This document shows positions 1-14,180 of a DNA stretch of 64,000 bases, in pieces. The stretch's first letter is position 1; every line of letters begins with the position of its first letter. This DNA is from Tubulanus polymorphus (lineage: Eukaryota; Animalia; Nemertea): the NCBI RefSeq assembly GCF_964204645.1, contig NC_134026.1, positions 17,084,150-17,148,149 of the forward strand, read 5' to 3'. The notes beneath the pieces are model-generated. The model was not told where the DNA came from. It worked only from the letters and a program-made list of their open reading frames with translations, and did not search any database. The translations under genes and the position numbers were made by a program.

Positions 1-1450
1 CGACGAGCTGCTATACGCGGTACAGCGTGCTTTTGAAAAATATTTTGTTAAGCAAAAAAGTGGGGCGGCTTTGGCCGCCCCTGCCGCCCCTGTTCCGACG
101 GCCATGAATAGAGATGTTACGAGAGGTCATCGGTTGGTTTTTCGATGTATTTGATGATGCGCTGTAACTTAAACCATAGCGCCGAATCGATTTAGGGTGT
201 TTTAGTAAAAAAATTCGAATCGGAACAGTTTTCCAACTTATTACTACCAACGGAATTCCTTTGTAAAAGTACATAATTTCAAAATTTTTGATATATCTCG
301 AATATCGTTGATGAGTCATATATAATGAAGGTCGAAGGTTTAGAGGGTCGATTCATTGGAATTTTAAAGGCATAGATATATAATTTCTGGAATGAAAAAA
401 AATCAAAGTTTGGAACTTAATGATAGTGAAGTTTCAGCATGTCTCCTTTACAATGAAGGATTCAATCCGCGATGTTGATTCTACTTGCTTAAAGGGCACA
501 TGTACAATTAATAGAATATCATGTCATACTTTTTCTATGAAGTAATATGTTCACAAGTTATAATATGCTACTGATTATCATTTCAGTCATTTCCTGAAAT
601 ACACTTATAAATCGGCAGTTTGAGCAGGTGCTCACTGTATCTAGATGTGTGCAGGTACGTGTTCCTGACGTCATCTCTGTTGAAAGCTTACTGTTAACTC
701 AGTTTCTACTCATTTAAAAGGGGTATTTAAGATTTTTTTAATTAATGATTTCTAAAGTATTGTTGGTGCCATCGTATATGATATGATAAACATATATGTT
801 AGTGGGTGCATCATATAGCCGTGATATATAAGAGGGAACAAATTATGACTATCAATTGTATACGTATATGGGCTAGAGAGCGCATACGTGCTTAGGTTTA
901 TCACCGACATACCGTGAAAAAAGCAACAGTGAGTTTGGTGAACTGTGTAAACAAAGTGAAGAATAAATGAACGACGCATTTATAAGTAATCATTCCTTTG
1001 CGAAATAAGCATTGCGTTTATCAATCACGAAAAGTACAATTCATTGGCCATGTGGCCAAAAGTAAAAACGTTTGAGACGCTGAAGCAAGAGTTTCGGTGG
1101 GCTGCAATCAAACCCAGGCAAGTATGGCGCCAGAGAGGCGATCCGATGTTTATTGGACAGTGTCTGTCATCGAGAGGATTTCCGAGGTTGCGCCAGACGT
1201 GATGACACAATCAACTGGGACTATCGTAGCTACGTCACCAAGCAATGATGCTGACCTACTATTTTGATATCGGAAAAGCTGACCGTGCGAAGAAGAAATT
1301 GATATCTGTTATCACTCATCACCGCCCAATGAGATACAGGTGAGAATCCCACCTGTTGCTGACGCACTGTTGCTGGGGCACCGCTCCAGGGGAAATTAGT
1401 ACGTATGATCACAAATGTGAAAATGCAGTGTTAAGTATTATATTTTAAAG

Positions 1451-2162
1451 TCTATCCCAGTGGTTATGATCGCGGTGCATCAAACAGTTCATATCATCGC
1501 AGATCTGGAACCCTGTGGTTTCTATGTGCTCAACCCTGCAAGTAACTGAGGTCAGGCAACTACTACATTCAAGAGTGAATAATACTAAAGTTTTCACATC
1601 CTGGTCATTCACTTCTCTTTATTCCTCTAGATTTGGTTTTTCTTGTATATTCTCAAAGAACACCGATTACTTAAAATGTATTTAAGCATGGAATTTCGAG
1701 GATTAATTTCTTATTTTGTGCACTTAACAAAGCTAGACATGCGCAAATATGTTAACTAATGACTATTTGTGGATTTGATTATCATCTCATGAGATCGTAC
1801 GTTCTGTGTTGCTATTTTGCTTAAACACCGTCCAAATATAATGTTTCAACTTGAAAATTAGTTCTGACACTTTCTAATGTAAACATTGACTTTGGTATCC
1901 TCGGAAAATATTCACTCTTGAATGCAACAAGACTTCAAACTAATTTTTCCTTGCTAATTTCTTCATTTTCTTAGTGTAAACTTCGAAAGTTTTGCTCTTT
2001 ATTCACTCTTGCCTGTAACTATAGTAACAAGCAGCTGGGGTCCAGCGAGTCAGTGATGCTCATGGTGAGTTTGACCACTTACAGCTGTCAGTATCAATTA
2101 AATTGTTGTTGATACTGGCTCTTTGAGAGTGGAAATGCCGCGATCATAACCACTGGGATAGA
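1451..2162. mobile_element. MITE-like non-autonomous DNA transposon
   Basis: Perfect 25-bp terminal inverted repeat TCTATCCCAGTGGTTATGATCGCGG (1451-1475 / 2138-2162); non-coding interior. Confidence 0.7.
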
Positions 2163-2984
2163 TTTTTTTAGCAATACAACACGACAAGTTGAGTCGCTTT
2201 ATCGCTTTTCTAGCAATCAATAAATGCTCCCTATTGTGCGTACTGATCACGCCGCTTAAAGCGTATGTATGTTTCAATGCGCGAAATTAAATAGTTCCAA
2301 TTGTCACCTAATTTTACTTTGCTTTCCGGAAGAAATTCAGATGTGTCGTTACTTTTACGCAAAGAGTGTAAACATGTAACAATTAATTATTGGAAACAAT
2401 ACGATAGTTTTGTGCTTGAAGATAAGATTGATCTATTCTTTTATCTCATCATTCCAGAGAGCAGTGGAAATATGTAGAGATTTAGGGGGATGAGGGTTAT
2501 TGAGGCTTGGGTCACATAATTTTTCTGAGATCGGTAGATCACATTTTGCGGCCGTAAAAGCGCTGCGAACCGTAAAAGCGTTTATTGTTTGTGTTTTCCC
2601 GATCTCCGTTTACCTTACGTTGTACATGTTTTATATATAAGTGTAACACGGAAAATCGCAATGCCGGGTATTGATGTGCAGTCGCGGCCATGGCCATTTT
2701 TCAGAAGGTACCGGTATAATACCACGGAATATAAATGTTCTAAACTCGAAAGGGGGGACACCTTTAGATGTATATGAATCCATCGGGTAATATGTAAATA
2801 GTATGTTCCGTAAATAATGTTTGTTATGTTTTAAGATACGTTTTCATTTACCTCCTAAATGAATGCTGTTTTTCCTCCCCCATATACCATAGAAGTGATT
2901 GGAGTGTAATGAATATTCGTATTCGTATTAAAAGTATTGAGAGCAATCTGATCGAATAGTATTAAAACATGTGTGTAACTGAAG

Positions 2985-3131
<147 letters not shown>

Positions 3132-3665
3132 GTATTTATGTGCGCTCTCATTTCCAGCCATTTTCGGTTTAGGGATGAAAAAATGTTCTTTTCTATGGAA
3201 TTTGATAGATAGGCGGGCAGAAAGCATCTGTTTATTTTATATCTTTCAATTTCATGGGCTTGCAGATATTTACTTCTTGATGAGGGGATTCGATAACTTT
3301 CGTTAGAAACTTTCTCTGTTGTTAAGGGCTCGGGAACAATCCATGGTTAATTGATTAAATGGTTAAAGAGGCGAATAACATATAAAGGTCTATTCGGTGA
3401 CGAGAAAAACGACCGAGCAATACGCACGTTCTTAAACCAAGATATTAATAGACGCAACTTAATAAACTCCTGACGTAAAGCTACAGCTGACCGCTCTCGC
3501 GGTCGCATACGCAATCGTGTTTAGACGTCTGGATTGGCTCGCGCCATCACCTGGCGATTTGTTGTCAAGGTCGAGGTCGAGTTTGTTTATCAGCAGAGTA
3601 GACATAGTTACGTAAAATGTCTGGACTACGGCATAGTGTATACCAGCGCCACCTGGCGAATAAGT

Positions 3666-3875
3666 AGCCAGCTTCACATTTTGAATCGGGAGCTGAACCA
3701 GTAGCCGGCTCCCGGTTCCCGGTTCCCGATTCGGCTCCCGGTTCAAAAGCATTTTGAATCGGGAGCTGAACCAGTAGCCGGCTCCCGGTTCCCAGTTCCC
3801 GATTCGGCTCCCGATTCAACAGCATTTTGAATCGGGAGCCGAATAAGGAACCGGGAACCGGGAGCCAGCTTCACA
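3666..3875. repeat. Tandem ~72-bp repeats bounded by direct repeat AGCCAGCTTCACA (MITE fragment)
   Basis: CATTTTGAATCGGGAGC three times, internal GGTTCCC/GGGAACC inverted units. Confidence 0.7.
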
Positions 3876-4075
3876 GGGGTAAAATCGTTTTAACAATAGG
3901 TGCGCAATCACAACTAATACATGTGAGACACAGATCAAGATTACTAGAATACTTAAAATCTGTTTTTCTGGACGGTTGACCATATATTATCTAAGAGGGA
4001 CACACTATAAACTGAGTCGTCGTCGCTAGTAGGTGGTCCAAAATGTAGAGGGAGCTTATTGGAGGCTTTTTTAAA
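3876..4075 (-). pseudogene. C-terminal part of gypsy-type env gene, separated by LINE insertion
   Basis: Removing the LINE at TSD TTTAAA gives in-frame ...TNAFK-KASNKLPLHFGPP...QILSILVILICVSHVLVVIAHLLLKRFYP (hydrophobic segment). Confidence 0.7.
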
Positions 4076-6274
4076 CTCAACCGCGAGATAGATACTGATG
4101 AAGTAATAAAAGCGATCTCACTACTTAAGAATAAAAAGGCATCTGGCATCGACGGGATAACAAATGAATTGCTAAAAGTCAATCGATATCCCTATTTAGT
4201 TAATATTTTGCAAAACCTATTCAATCTTGTTCTAAGGACTGGCCATGTACCGGATACTTGGTCGATTGGGGTGATCAAACCGATCTACAAGAACAAAGGT
4301 GATCCCGACGATCCCGATAATTACAGAGGCATCACTCTAGTGAGCTGCCTAGGAAAACTGTTTACGAGCATATTGAATCAGAGACTATCTCTATTTTTAG
4401 ATGCAAACATATTATAAGTGAAGCCCAGGGTGGTTTCAGATCTAAATACTCGACAGTTGATCATATCTACACTCTTAAAACCATTGTTGAACTGTACCTT
4501 GGCCAGGGGAGAAGACTGTTCTGTGCGTTCGTAGATTTTAAAAAGGCATTTGATTCAATCTGTAGAGTAACTCTTTGGAAGAAACTTATTAGTAATTGTA
4601 TTACAGGAAACTTCCTGAACGTTATTAAAAGCATGTACGACTCTGTAAAATCGTGCGTAAAATATAATGGCAATACCTCACAATATTTCACTGCCGGCAG
4701 AGGTTTGAGACAGGGCGAAAATCTATCACCAATCCTATTTTCACTCTATTTAAATGATATAGAGGCATTTTTCGTGGGAAATGGTAATCCAACTCTCTCA
4801 TTTATAGAAAAGCTGAATTCGGACTGCGATCATGATCTTGACACCCTGTTAAATCTATTTATTATTTTGTATGCAGATGACACAGTTATCTTAGCTGAGG
4901 ATGAAAATTCACTGCAGTCGCAGCTGGATACTTTGTATGCATATTGTTTAGAAAACGATAATTACGTCGACGTAAAACTAAAGTTTTAATTTTTGCAAGA
5001 AGTAAATGTAGGATCAAGATAGATACAAAGTTTATGTTTGGCACAGATGAGATTGAGATCGTTGAGGACTATCTATACCTGGGAGTTAAGTTCAATTGGA
5101 ATGGCAGCTTCGCCAAAGCAAAAAAATATCTATATGACAAGGCAATGAGAGCAATGTTCTCGGTAATACAAAAAGGCAGACGCTTGAAGCTCCCGATAGA
5201 TGTTTTGCTGAAACTATTCGATATGTGCGTCGCACCCGTTGCGTTATATGGTTGTGAGATATGGGGCTTTGAAAGCCTCGATTTGTTAGAGAGTCTGCAC
5301 TGTACGTTTTGCAAAATTATTATGAAAGTGTCAAAATATTCGCACAACCTGCAGGTATTAGCTGAACTTGGGCGGTACCCCATGAGTATCGAGGTAAAAC
5401 GGAGGATGGTAAACTTTTGGCTTAAAACTGTTACCGGCAAAGAATCAAAACTTAATGCAATCCTGTACCGTATATCCCCCAATCTGTATGTACGCGAAAA
5501 ACACAAGTCCCCTTGGTTATTGTATATAAAGAAAATATTTGACGACATTGGCTTATCTTACATATGGTTACAGCAATACACGGAAAATTATAAAACGCTC
5601 TCCAAGTACGTGAAACAAGTCCTCCGTGACCAACACGTACAAGAAATGCTTCAAAAAGTGAATGACGATCAGCAGATGTTAATTTCAAACTATATAAGAA
5701 CGATGTTAGGCTTGAAAAAATATATAACTCAACTTGACGGAAGTCTCGTGCATAGCTTATTCGAATTCAGAATTGGTTCCTATTTATTACCGGTAAATAA
5801 TCGATCGAACGCTCATATAGACCGAAGTGAAAGACTGTGCCCTGCCTGTAACACCGTAGGAGATGAGCTTCACTTCATTTATGACTGCACTTTGCTAAGT
5901 GATCTGCGTGATAATTCCATCCATTTAAGTATGTCCAGAAACTTGGAAATATTAAGGAATCCTACCCCACAATTAGCTAAATTTATCCAGTTAGGTTTAA
6001 GTTTATACAAATCCCTCCAGTGAATTGTGTATATACGTGTGATATATCTTGCTGTATATAATTCAATCTCTGTACTTGCTTTGTTTGTAAATAGTTTTAT
6101 TACTGAAAGTTTGATATTAAATTTTGTTAATTCCTATTTTGTTTTGTATATATGTATATAATTCTGTTCATGTTTTGTAAATTTTTATATTCCATATTTT
6201 GTATTCAATCTTGCCTCCACGTACCATTCTTATGGTTGGAGTGAAATAAATATCTTATCTTATCTTATCTTATC
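4076..6274 (+). mobile_element. 5'-truncated non-LTR retrotransposon (LINE, possibly RTE-X-like) with disrupted ORF2 reverse transcriptase
   Basis: RT motifs NYRGITL, FVDFKKAFD, GLRQGENLSP, YADD, YLGV; C-terminal CxxC...DExHF..C; AATAAA plus (TATCT)n tail; TTTAAA at both ends (4070-4075, 6275-6280). Clade assignment is tentative. Confidence 0.9.
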
Positions 6275-7504
6275 TTTAAATGCGTTGGTCGCAGGTAGTT
6301 GACCCGATGCGATAACGGCTGCAGCTATTGTGGAAAGAGTTCGCCGTGTAAATATGATTGAATAAACTGAAAATGCTAATGAAATTAAGCTTAGAAATGG
6401 AGATATTGACGTCAATAAACGATCCTGACTTATTCCAGGAATGAATGAATCCGTATTGGTCCATTTGGCGGATAGAAGCGCATCAGCCTTAGTAGCGAAT
6501 AGTTTTACCTTTTTGTGTCCGTTTTCTGTCAGCTTCTTGAAATTCGCGGTAAATTTTCCCTCGTTTTGAGCTACCTGGCTCCATTTATCTCGAACTAATT
6601 TAATCTCCGGTAGAGTCACTTGGTGAATTTGAGACGAGTGACTTTCCGTATCCAAAATTTGTTGTCTCTTATTGAAATCAAGATGCTTGAAAAACGCCAA
6701 AATAACTGGTAGATTTATTGGGTGAGAATAGATTGGTAACATGTCAGTTTTGTGACAGTTCGTAATTTTCGCGGGGATTTTGAATTTAGATGATGTTATT
6801 CCGCACCCGCACGGTAGTTTTATTAAGCACATTGTGCACGCGGTTATAGCTTTTACAGGCTTGCCGGGGCAGGTCATGGACCAGGATGAGTCCCTGCCGC
6901 TCGCTAAGTACGTTCCGGATCCCAAGTCTAGGGCTCCCTCATAGAGTCCGGATTCCTGGTACCTAGTGTCACAAAGACGCATAATGTTGTTGTGATCGTT
7001 GAAAAACAGTGCGCTCGCGCAACTGGATACAGAGCGCGACCTCATAGATCTAGCCGTCGGACAGACCTTCACACCTTTACCGTCACATGCTGCATAGTCG
7101 CCTGTGTCAAGTTCAGTATAGAAGTCTCCCGAGTTAGTAACACCTATGTATGCCGGAAGGTCTTTTATTAGAGTACAGTTATCTGATAAGGCATTGACTG
7201 GTACAGGAATAGCGGAGATCGAATATATATTAAATTTTGTGCTAATTTTTGAAATTGGGAACTTGACCGTAATATAAACAGCTCTGTCTGTCCTGGTGTA
7301 AAGGATGTCCCAAACTTGATAATAATACCAGGGTCTGGATAAGATATTGAAAAGCCTGGGTAATCTTGGGATAGCAGGTCACGAATTGACTTAATTGTAT
7401 TAGCCATAATTTTGGTAGGGACTAGACTCATCGGCAAGTAGCCGTCAACCAGGGTTTGAACACCTGATTGCGCCAATTGCGTGCCTCGAGTTCAGTTTGC
7501 ATAG
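6275..7504 (-). pseudogene. env: Gypsy-type envelope (class I fusion-like) glycoprotein, central/C-terminal part, frameshifted
   Basis: GVQTLVDGYLPMSLVP, Cys-rich ectodomain (CTMCLIKLPCGC), TM LLTSISPFLSLISLAFSVYSIIF; continuous with 13822-14180 across the BEL TSD. Confidence 0.75.
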
Positions 7505-7744
7505 TGTGAAATATTACGGGTTCAAGGCCCGGAGCTGCAGTAGAGTGGCAGAGACCTCAAGAAAACGACGCGAACTCGATGGATTCCTTACTACAACTGA
7601 AGATATATGTTTATTTCTCACTATACAGTATGGCGTGTTGCTGGGTCGCACATGTGGTCCGAATAAGCTAATCTAAATAAACTGGAGTTAAGAAAGTTAT
7701 AGTGACAGCGTGAGAGCGCGGAGAGCGGTGAGAAATTATCGACA
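7505..7744 (-). repeat. 3' LTR of BEL/Pao element
   Basis: Direct repeat of 13582-13821 with about 3 mismatches; preceded on minus strand by purine tract GGGCGGGAG. Confidence 0.95.
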
Positions 7745-8145
7745 CTCCCGCCCGGGCAAATTAATTATTTCACAATAATTCGCTAGTGTAAATGACATAT
7801 AACCATCACAAGTGCGAAACCCAGCCAAACAATTCGATTTAAACCTTTTATACACACATAATCCTAAACTAATTAATACAGCATGAAATAATCTATTCTA
7901 GTACGTAATTTTTAAATTTTGAACTCTGGGTTGAATCTCGAATCGTTTCGACCAGGGTTGATTCTACTTCACATCATCCGTGTCCAACCTGAAACCCGTA
8001 ACCTGGTTAGGGAAGCTAAACGGGTTGCTAGCGCTTGCTCAAGGCGCCACCCTAAAGACTATGGAGGGAAGGAGGTGTCTCACTGCTCCTTTCTTGAGCT
8101 CGGACCACCTAAGTGAACCGGTCTCAAGCCATACCCCGACTGTGT

Positions 8146-11100
8146 TTAAGCCGATGTTAAAGCGGCAACCATGCTCGTGGTCGCTTCGTTGCTTAACTGC
8201 TCTCGTATTTTGGCTCGTGCCAAGTCTGCGGCTGCCCGTTGGGGCCGTGTTGCGTAATGGTCTGCCGCCGGTTGAGTGGCGTTCTGTTGTTTGAGCCCCA
8301 CGTTCAGCTCGACCGGATACAATTTGGCGATCGCTCGATTAGATTTGCCCGCCGTAGTGCGAACCGTGGCTGCGCGCGTCACTCCGTCTTGTCCGGTCAA
8401 CAGTTCTTCGATGACCCCCAGTTTCCACTATCGGCGTGGGAGGTCTTTATCATGGACGAGTACGACATCTCCTCGTTTGACGACGTCAACAGATTTCGCG
8501 TACTTCCGAGCCTCGTAGCAGTGTCTTTCACGTAAGACCGCTAGGTACTCGCTCATGAAACGGTTCCTGAAATGGTTCAGAACTTTGTTGCGAGTGTGTG
8601 CTATGCTTTCTAGCGCTTCGTTCTTGACGTTGAACGACGGATCGAATACTTTCTCCGCGTCTTCGTATGGAATGGCGTTCAAGTCATGCCCATAGAGAAG
8701 ATGATTCGGTGTTAGCGGCGACAAGTCGTTGATGTCGGACGAGGTGTACGTCAGCGGTCGATTGTTGATGGTAGCTTGAATCTCGCGGACTAAAGTAGAC
8801 AACTCGTCATATGATACCAGAGCTCTACCAAGACATTTTTTTAGTGCTGACTTCGCGACACCGACTATTCGCTCATGGACCCCTCCAAACCACGAGGCCT
8901 GTACTGGGGTGCGCTTAAATGTAATACGGTTACCGGCGAGGTAGTCTTTCACTTCCGAGCTTCCGATCGCCTTATATATTCTTTCGAGCTCGGCTTCAGC
9001 TGCTGTGAAAGTCTTCGCATTGTCGCAATATAGTAAGGAGGGTGTTGAATAGCACGCCGCGAATCTCCTGAAAGCTCTTAGAAAAGCCGGAGTCGACATA
9101 TCTGGCACGATCTCAAGATGCACTGCTCTTGTGGCACAGCAGGTGAATACGCACAGATAGACTTTCCTGTTCTCGTTGCTTTTCACGTAAATGTGCGCGG
9201 TGAAGTCCATTGCTGTAGCTTGAAATGGCCGTAAATATTCTAGTCTGAAATCTGGTAGTGGGGCGTCTGCCGGCCTCTCATACGGTCTGCCCATGATCTT
9301 CCTACATACAATGCAGCGTTTTAACTGTTTCTTGACAAGTGATCGGAGTGATGTTATCCAAAATCTACTACGAATGTGGTTCATTGTTGCTCCGACGCCG
9401 TAGTGCTTTACTTTGCTGTGACTGTCACTGACGATTAATGTAGCTAAATATGAGTTGCTGTTCAGTAGCATTGGGTGCTTTCTCTCGGTCTCGATCGGTG
9501 CGTTTCTAAGCCTCCCGGCGCAGCGGATTATGTCATTGGTGTCTATATACAAGCCTAGTTGCGAAACGGTGGCTGGACATTTCATCTTCTTCTGTTTGTT
9601 TACGGGAGCGGCTAAGTAATCATAGCAATCTCTATATGCAGCTCGCTGTGCGCTCCGTATCCACATGTGTTCCGCCGTGTTGATGTCCGCAGCTGATAGG
9701 TCACGTCTGTTGTTGATGCCTGGTTTGAAAGCTCGGTTCACCAGGGCCGTTACACGTAGTAAATTGTTGTAATTGTTGTGTTCGTTTACGTCGATCGTAG
9801 CCGCTATATCCTGTACTGGCAGTGACCTGTTATCGGGCGCGAATTCGCAATCTGTTTCTAGGGCAGCGGTCATCACACAAGTCGATGATACGTTCAACTC
9901 TGAGACGTAGGTGAGCGGCCAGTTTTCGCGCTCTTTTTTCAGCCAATCCGGCCCTGTTAACCACGATGACGTTTGCAATTCTTCCACGGTGGCTCCCCGT
10001 GATAGAATGTCTGCCGCGTTCTCTTTTGTCTGCACGTGCGCCCACGCGGTTATCTCTGATTTGGCGCGAATCAAATCCACTCTGTTTTTGACGAATTGAG
10101 GCAGAGTCTTGTTGGATTTCAACCAATGCAAAGCGATTTCTGAGTCGGAGGCGTAGACGGTCTTCACCTCAGGGTATTCCTTGCGGTAAATCTCGCATAT
10201 GTGTTCCGCGTATCGGGCGCCCATGGCCATCTTTTTTTGTGAAATTACTCTGTTTTTCGAGCCGAGAAGCGCTACTTTTTCCCCTTGAATTGCGTAGGCG
10301 ACGCATCCGATCGCTGTTTTCGGACAGGCGTCACAGAACGTCATGATTGTTATCGGTACGTTGATGTCGCCACCCAGCCAGCGAGGTAGTCTGAAGTTGT
10401 TGGCGCGCACCAGTGATTGCTGGATGGTGGTCCACTCCGCTTTCTCTGTTTCGTTCAGGTGATCGTCCCAGTCCTTGTCCACCCACAGTTTATTGATGAA
10501 CCGCTTAGCTGGAACTGTCAGCGGAGCGATCAGTCCTAACGGGTCAAAGATCGACGCCGCTCGTGACGTTATGGTGCGCTTGGTGAGATCTCTGTCTCCC
10601 TCAAATTGTTTTCCGGCCAAGAAAATCGTGTCTGTGATTGGGTCCCATTTCAATCCAAAAATCGTAACCGAATCCGACTGGTCGTGCACCAAGTCGCGTC
10701 TGGCCTGGTCATTCACAGCTGGACAGTTGCTGGCCCATTGTCGTAGGGTGAAGCTCCCATGCTGCATAATTTCCCTCGCTTCGTGGTAGTAGCGCAAAGC
10801 TTCGGCCTCAGAGTCGACACCTGTCAGCAGGTTATCAACGTATAGCTTATTCATAACGTCGGAAGCGATGAGAGATCGGTATCCCTCGAGGTGTTTCTGT
10901 AATGTGATTGCCAGCGTAAACGGTGACGAAACGTTGCCAAATATGATCGTGTTGGCGCAGTAGGGAACGAGAGATTTTGACACGTCATTATTCTTGTACC
11001 ACAGGAATTTCACAAATTTCCGATCGTCTGGTTTCAGCCTGATGCACAAAAAGGCTCTGGCGATATCTGTCAGAGCGATCTTTCTCGTGCGAAACAACAG

Positions 11101-13464
11101 AAGCAACTCTGTGAGATCCCTGATCATGTTAGGCCCCTCGTACAGACATTCGTTGAGGGACGGGCTCCCACAGCTGGCGTCGAAGACGATTCTTACTGGT
11201 GTCGTAGCGCTGTTTCGCAGGACTGGGAAGTGGGGCATGAAGTAGCCCTCCACGTCCTTCTCGTCGAGTTCAGAAATGTACCCCTTTTCTATATTTTCGC
11301 GCATGACCTTTACGTACTCTCCCACCAGATCTAATTTCTTTAAACGGTGCATGACTTGCCTGATTCTGCTGTTGCAGGCCTCTAAGTTGGTGTTTAACTC
11401 CGGGTGGTCGAGTCTCCAGGGTAGGGGTGCGAAATATTGACCGTTCCGGTACTGTAATTGGTCCATGTAGTCCCGTTTGAATTTGTTATCGTATTCGGAA
11501 TCGTTCACGTCGGCGCAGTGAATGGGGGTGGACTGAAAATATCTGTCCAGTCTCTCGGCTTCCTCGTCGATCTCCTTGGGAGTTTCTCCGACGTCGAGTG
11601 ACCCCGCGGCCACTACTCCGTGCACCCGGCAATTCCTGGAAATCAGGGGTCCGGATACAAAACATCCCAGGTTGGAATGTTGGACGGTGGGTCCGTCTCC
11701 CTTGACCATGCGGTTTTCTAGGAACGCGCAATCGCAACCGATTAGTAGGTCGACTACAAATTTTTCGTCTCTGAAATCATTCGCGAGCGGTAATTCTCGA
11801 ATGTAGTCGTAATTAAGGCATCGTGCCCACTGCTCTTGCCGTATGGGTTTCACGATTTGATCGGTGATCAGGACGGCTATCGTTTTAACACCCTCGGTGG
11901 TGTCTACACTAACGTACGCGCAGTCGTATTCCTTCCTCGTGGTGTGTCCACCAAATCCGTTGACAAAAAGCGTATGTTTGCCGTGCGTTGGTAAACGTAA
12001 TCGAACGGCTGCTTCTCTTCGCAGATACGAAAGCATGCTGCCCCTATCTATGAGGCAGCCGGCTGTAATGTGCCTATCTCCGTGTGATAGGCCGACTTTT
12101 CCGGTCTCCAGTAACACGATTTCGTCGTCCAAAACTGAAGAAACGGTCGCTGTTTCTGGCGTTTGCGTTGTTTCATCCGTGCACTGTAATCGAGATTGCC
12201 CCTGCGGCGAATCCTTCCGGACTTCTTCGTGCTGTAAAATGGAACAGTGTTGCTCGGTTTCCGTTCGAGACGGCTGCGGCGCGTCTCCGTATTGCCCGTA
12301 ATGCCCGTGTATGGCCGAATGATGTTTTTTGCCGCATGTTCGACACCGGCCGGCGTTGGAACAGGCCTTAGCCGAATGATTGCTACTCAAGCAATTGAAA
12401 CAAAGCCGGTTCCGTTTAATCGCTTCGAATTTCTCTCCCACGGTTAGTTTACACGACATAACGGAGTGCGGAAGAGCACAGAGCGGGCACCGGTTTCTCC
12501 TCTGGAACTGTGCATTGCTGATAAGAGCGCATGCGGATGACGCCGGCAGCGGATTGCCAGAAGACTCGGCTCGTTCGCCCAAATTGTCCAATTGCTCGGT
12601 GAGCGACGACATGAATTTACGCAAATTGAACTCGGCATCTTCACCGCTTGTGCCCATCTTGTCGCGAACCTGTTTCGGTAACTTTCGTTCAATGATAGGC
12701 ACGATATAAGCCGCGCATTTCTCATTTTCCACTCCCAAATACGCTATCGACCGAAGATCTCCGTTAATCTTGTTGTAAAATTCGTTCAGAGAATGGAAAT
12801 TCGCGGATGGTGTTGGTGTGTCCAACAGATTATTCACGTGCGCGCGAATTATTTTTCGCGGTTGACCGTATCGGTCTTTCAGAATATCCACGAGAGTCTG
12901 TAAATTTTCTGCCGATGCGTCGATCCCGACGACCGTATTTAGAGCCGCTCCGCTCAGTTGCCCTACTATATGAATGAATTTCGTGATGTCCGCGTATTCT
13001 GCGTTGATTACATCAGCTTCGATGGTATCCCAGAACGCTTTCCATCTGGTGAACTCTCCGTCGAAGGTGGGCAGTTTTATTTTCGGTAATAAAGCGGTCT
13101 TCTTCTCTGTGGTTGAGCTGTTATAGACGGGTTTTTTCTGTTCTCTAGTTTTCTCTATATAAATTCTAACCTTCATCATTCGTGTGCGGTTGGACGTTCT
13201 CTGGTCGCTAACCGTCTTCATCTCATCGGCCAGGGTCTCTTCGGAGGCCCCGGTGGCCATCTGGCCTTCGATTTCGTCATCCAGCGTCAAGATCGCATCG
13301 AATCTTGCTTTCAGCTCGTCTAGATGACATTCTAACTCTGCAGGTTCTGTTGAATGTTCCATGAACGTTTCTGCGGTATCGTACGCCTGTTCGAAGGCCT
13401 GTTGGAGAGCGTTTCGCTTTTTTCTCTGCGTCTCCAGGGTGGAGGCTGCGTTCGGTTTAGTCAT
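8146..13464 (-). CDS. BEL/Pao Gag-Pol polyprotein (gag, Zn knuckles, protease, RT, RNase H, integrase) with one in-frame stop at 8428-8430
   Basis: LPKIKLPTFDG gag, CFNC..H..C / CRTC...HH knuckles, LIDRGS protease, VRIVFDAS and YVDN RT, FCDAC RNase H, DF/DNA/ER integrase triad; ORF 8146-8400 continues in the same frame. Confidence 0.95.
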
Positions 13465-13562
13465 CTTAAATTCCGTATCCTGTCGCTAACTTTCGCGTCG
13501 TGAAATGTAAAATCCTGATATTGCGTTGTGAGTTGTGCGTTAATCTGATGTTATTCCTAACA

Positions 13563-13581
13563 AATCCTGGTCACGGCACCA
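13563..13581 (-). promoter_or_regulatory. Primer binding site (tRNA-His)
   Basis: TGGTGCCGTGACCAGGATT directly after the 5' LTR, complementary to the 3' end of invertebrate tRNA-His. Confidence 0.85.
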
Positions 13582-13821
13582 TGTGAAATATTACGGGTTC
13601 AAGGCCCGAGGCTGCAGTAGAGTGGCAGAGACCTCAAGAAAACGACGCGAACTCGATGGATTCCTTACTACAACTGAAGATATATGTTTATTTCTCACTA
13701 TACAGTATGCCGTGTTGCTGGGTCGCACATGTGGTCCGAATAAGCTAATCTAAATAAACTGGAGTTAAGAAAGTTATAGTGACAGCGTGAGAGCGCGGAG
13801 AGCGGTGAGAAATTATCGACA
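13582..13821 (-). repeat. 5' LTR of BEL/Pao element
   Basis: 240-bp repeat, adjacent PBS, TSD CATAG. Confidence 0.95.
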
Positions 13822-14180
13822 CATAGCTGCTTCCTGGTAAGCTGCAAAATACTGAATGAAATTACTGACAACGGAGACTGATGTACTAAGATCCGAAATT
13901 CGTGCCGAGTTACGCGAAGATAGCTGTGATAGTTTCATAAGATTGGTCCATTTGGCGGACAGACCGGTGGTTTCAAAAAGGGGATAGGGTACTGAATCCA
14001 TGGTAATGAATATGTATGGCTCCAATACGAGCCCGCATTATCAATCTGGCTCTGAAACGAGAAAAGGATGCCGTAATTCTTTCTTAATATAACCCTTTCA
14101 TTCCCGGTTGCACCATCCACTCGAGTGAGTAAAAAAAGAAAAAGGTGAATAAAGAACGCTATGACTACCGCGTTGATCAT
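13822..14180 (-). pseudogene. env: N-terminal part of gypsy-type env (signal peptide)
   Basis: MINAVVIAFFIHLFLFLLTRVDG signal peptide; RKNYGILF...YWSHTY motif; candidate splice acceptor TTTCAG at 14207-14202. Confidence 0.7.

Larger units (their letters stand above)
7505..13821 (-). mobile_element. Full-length BEL/Pao LTR retrotransposon
   Basis: Two 240-bp TG...CA LTRs, 5-bp TSD CATAG (7500-7504, 13822-13826), PBS, PPT, single gag-pol ORF. Confidence 0.97.

Noticed and set aside
489-730. Kolobok-like end TTAAAGGG
   Set aside because: No matching opposite terminus could be found
6260-7072. Stand-alone host membrane protein of 270 aa
   Set aside because: Fragment of a disrupted env; the apparent C-terminus DKIR comes from the LINE tail
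7919-12725. Many short plus-strand and alternate-frame ORFs within the BEL element
   Set aside because: Shadow ORFs of the GC-richer gag-pol with no motifs
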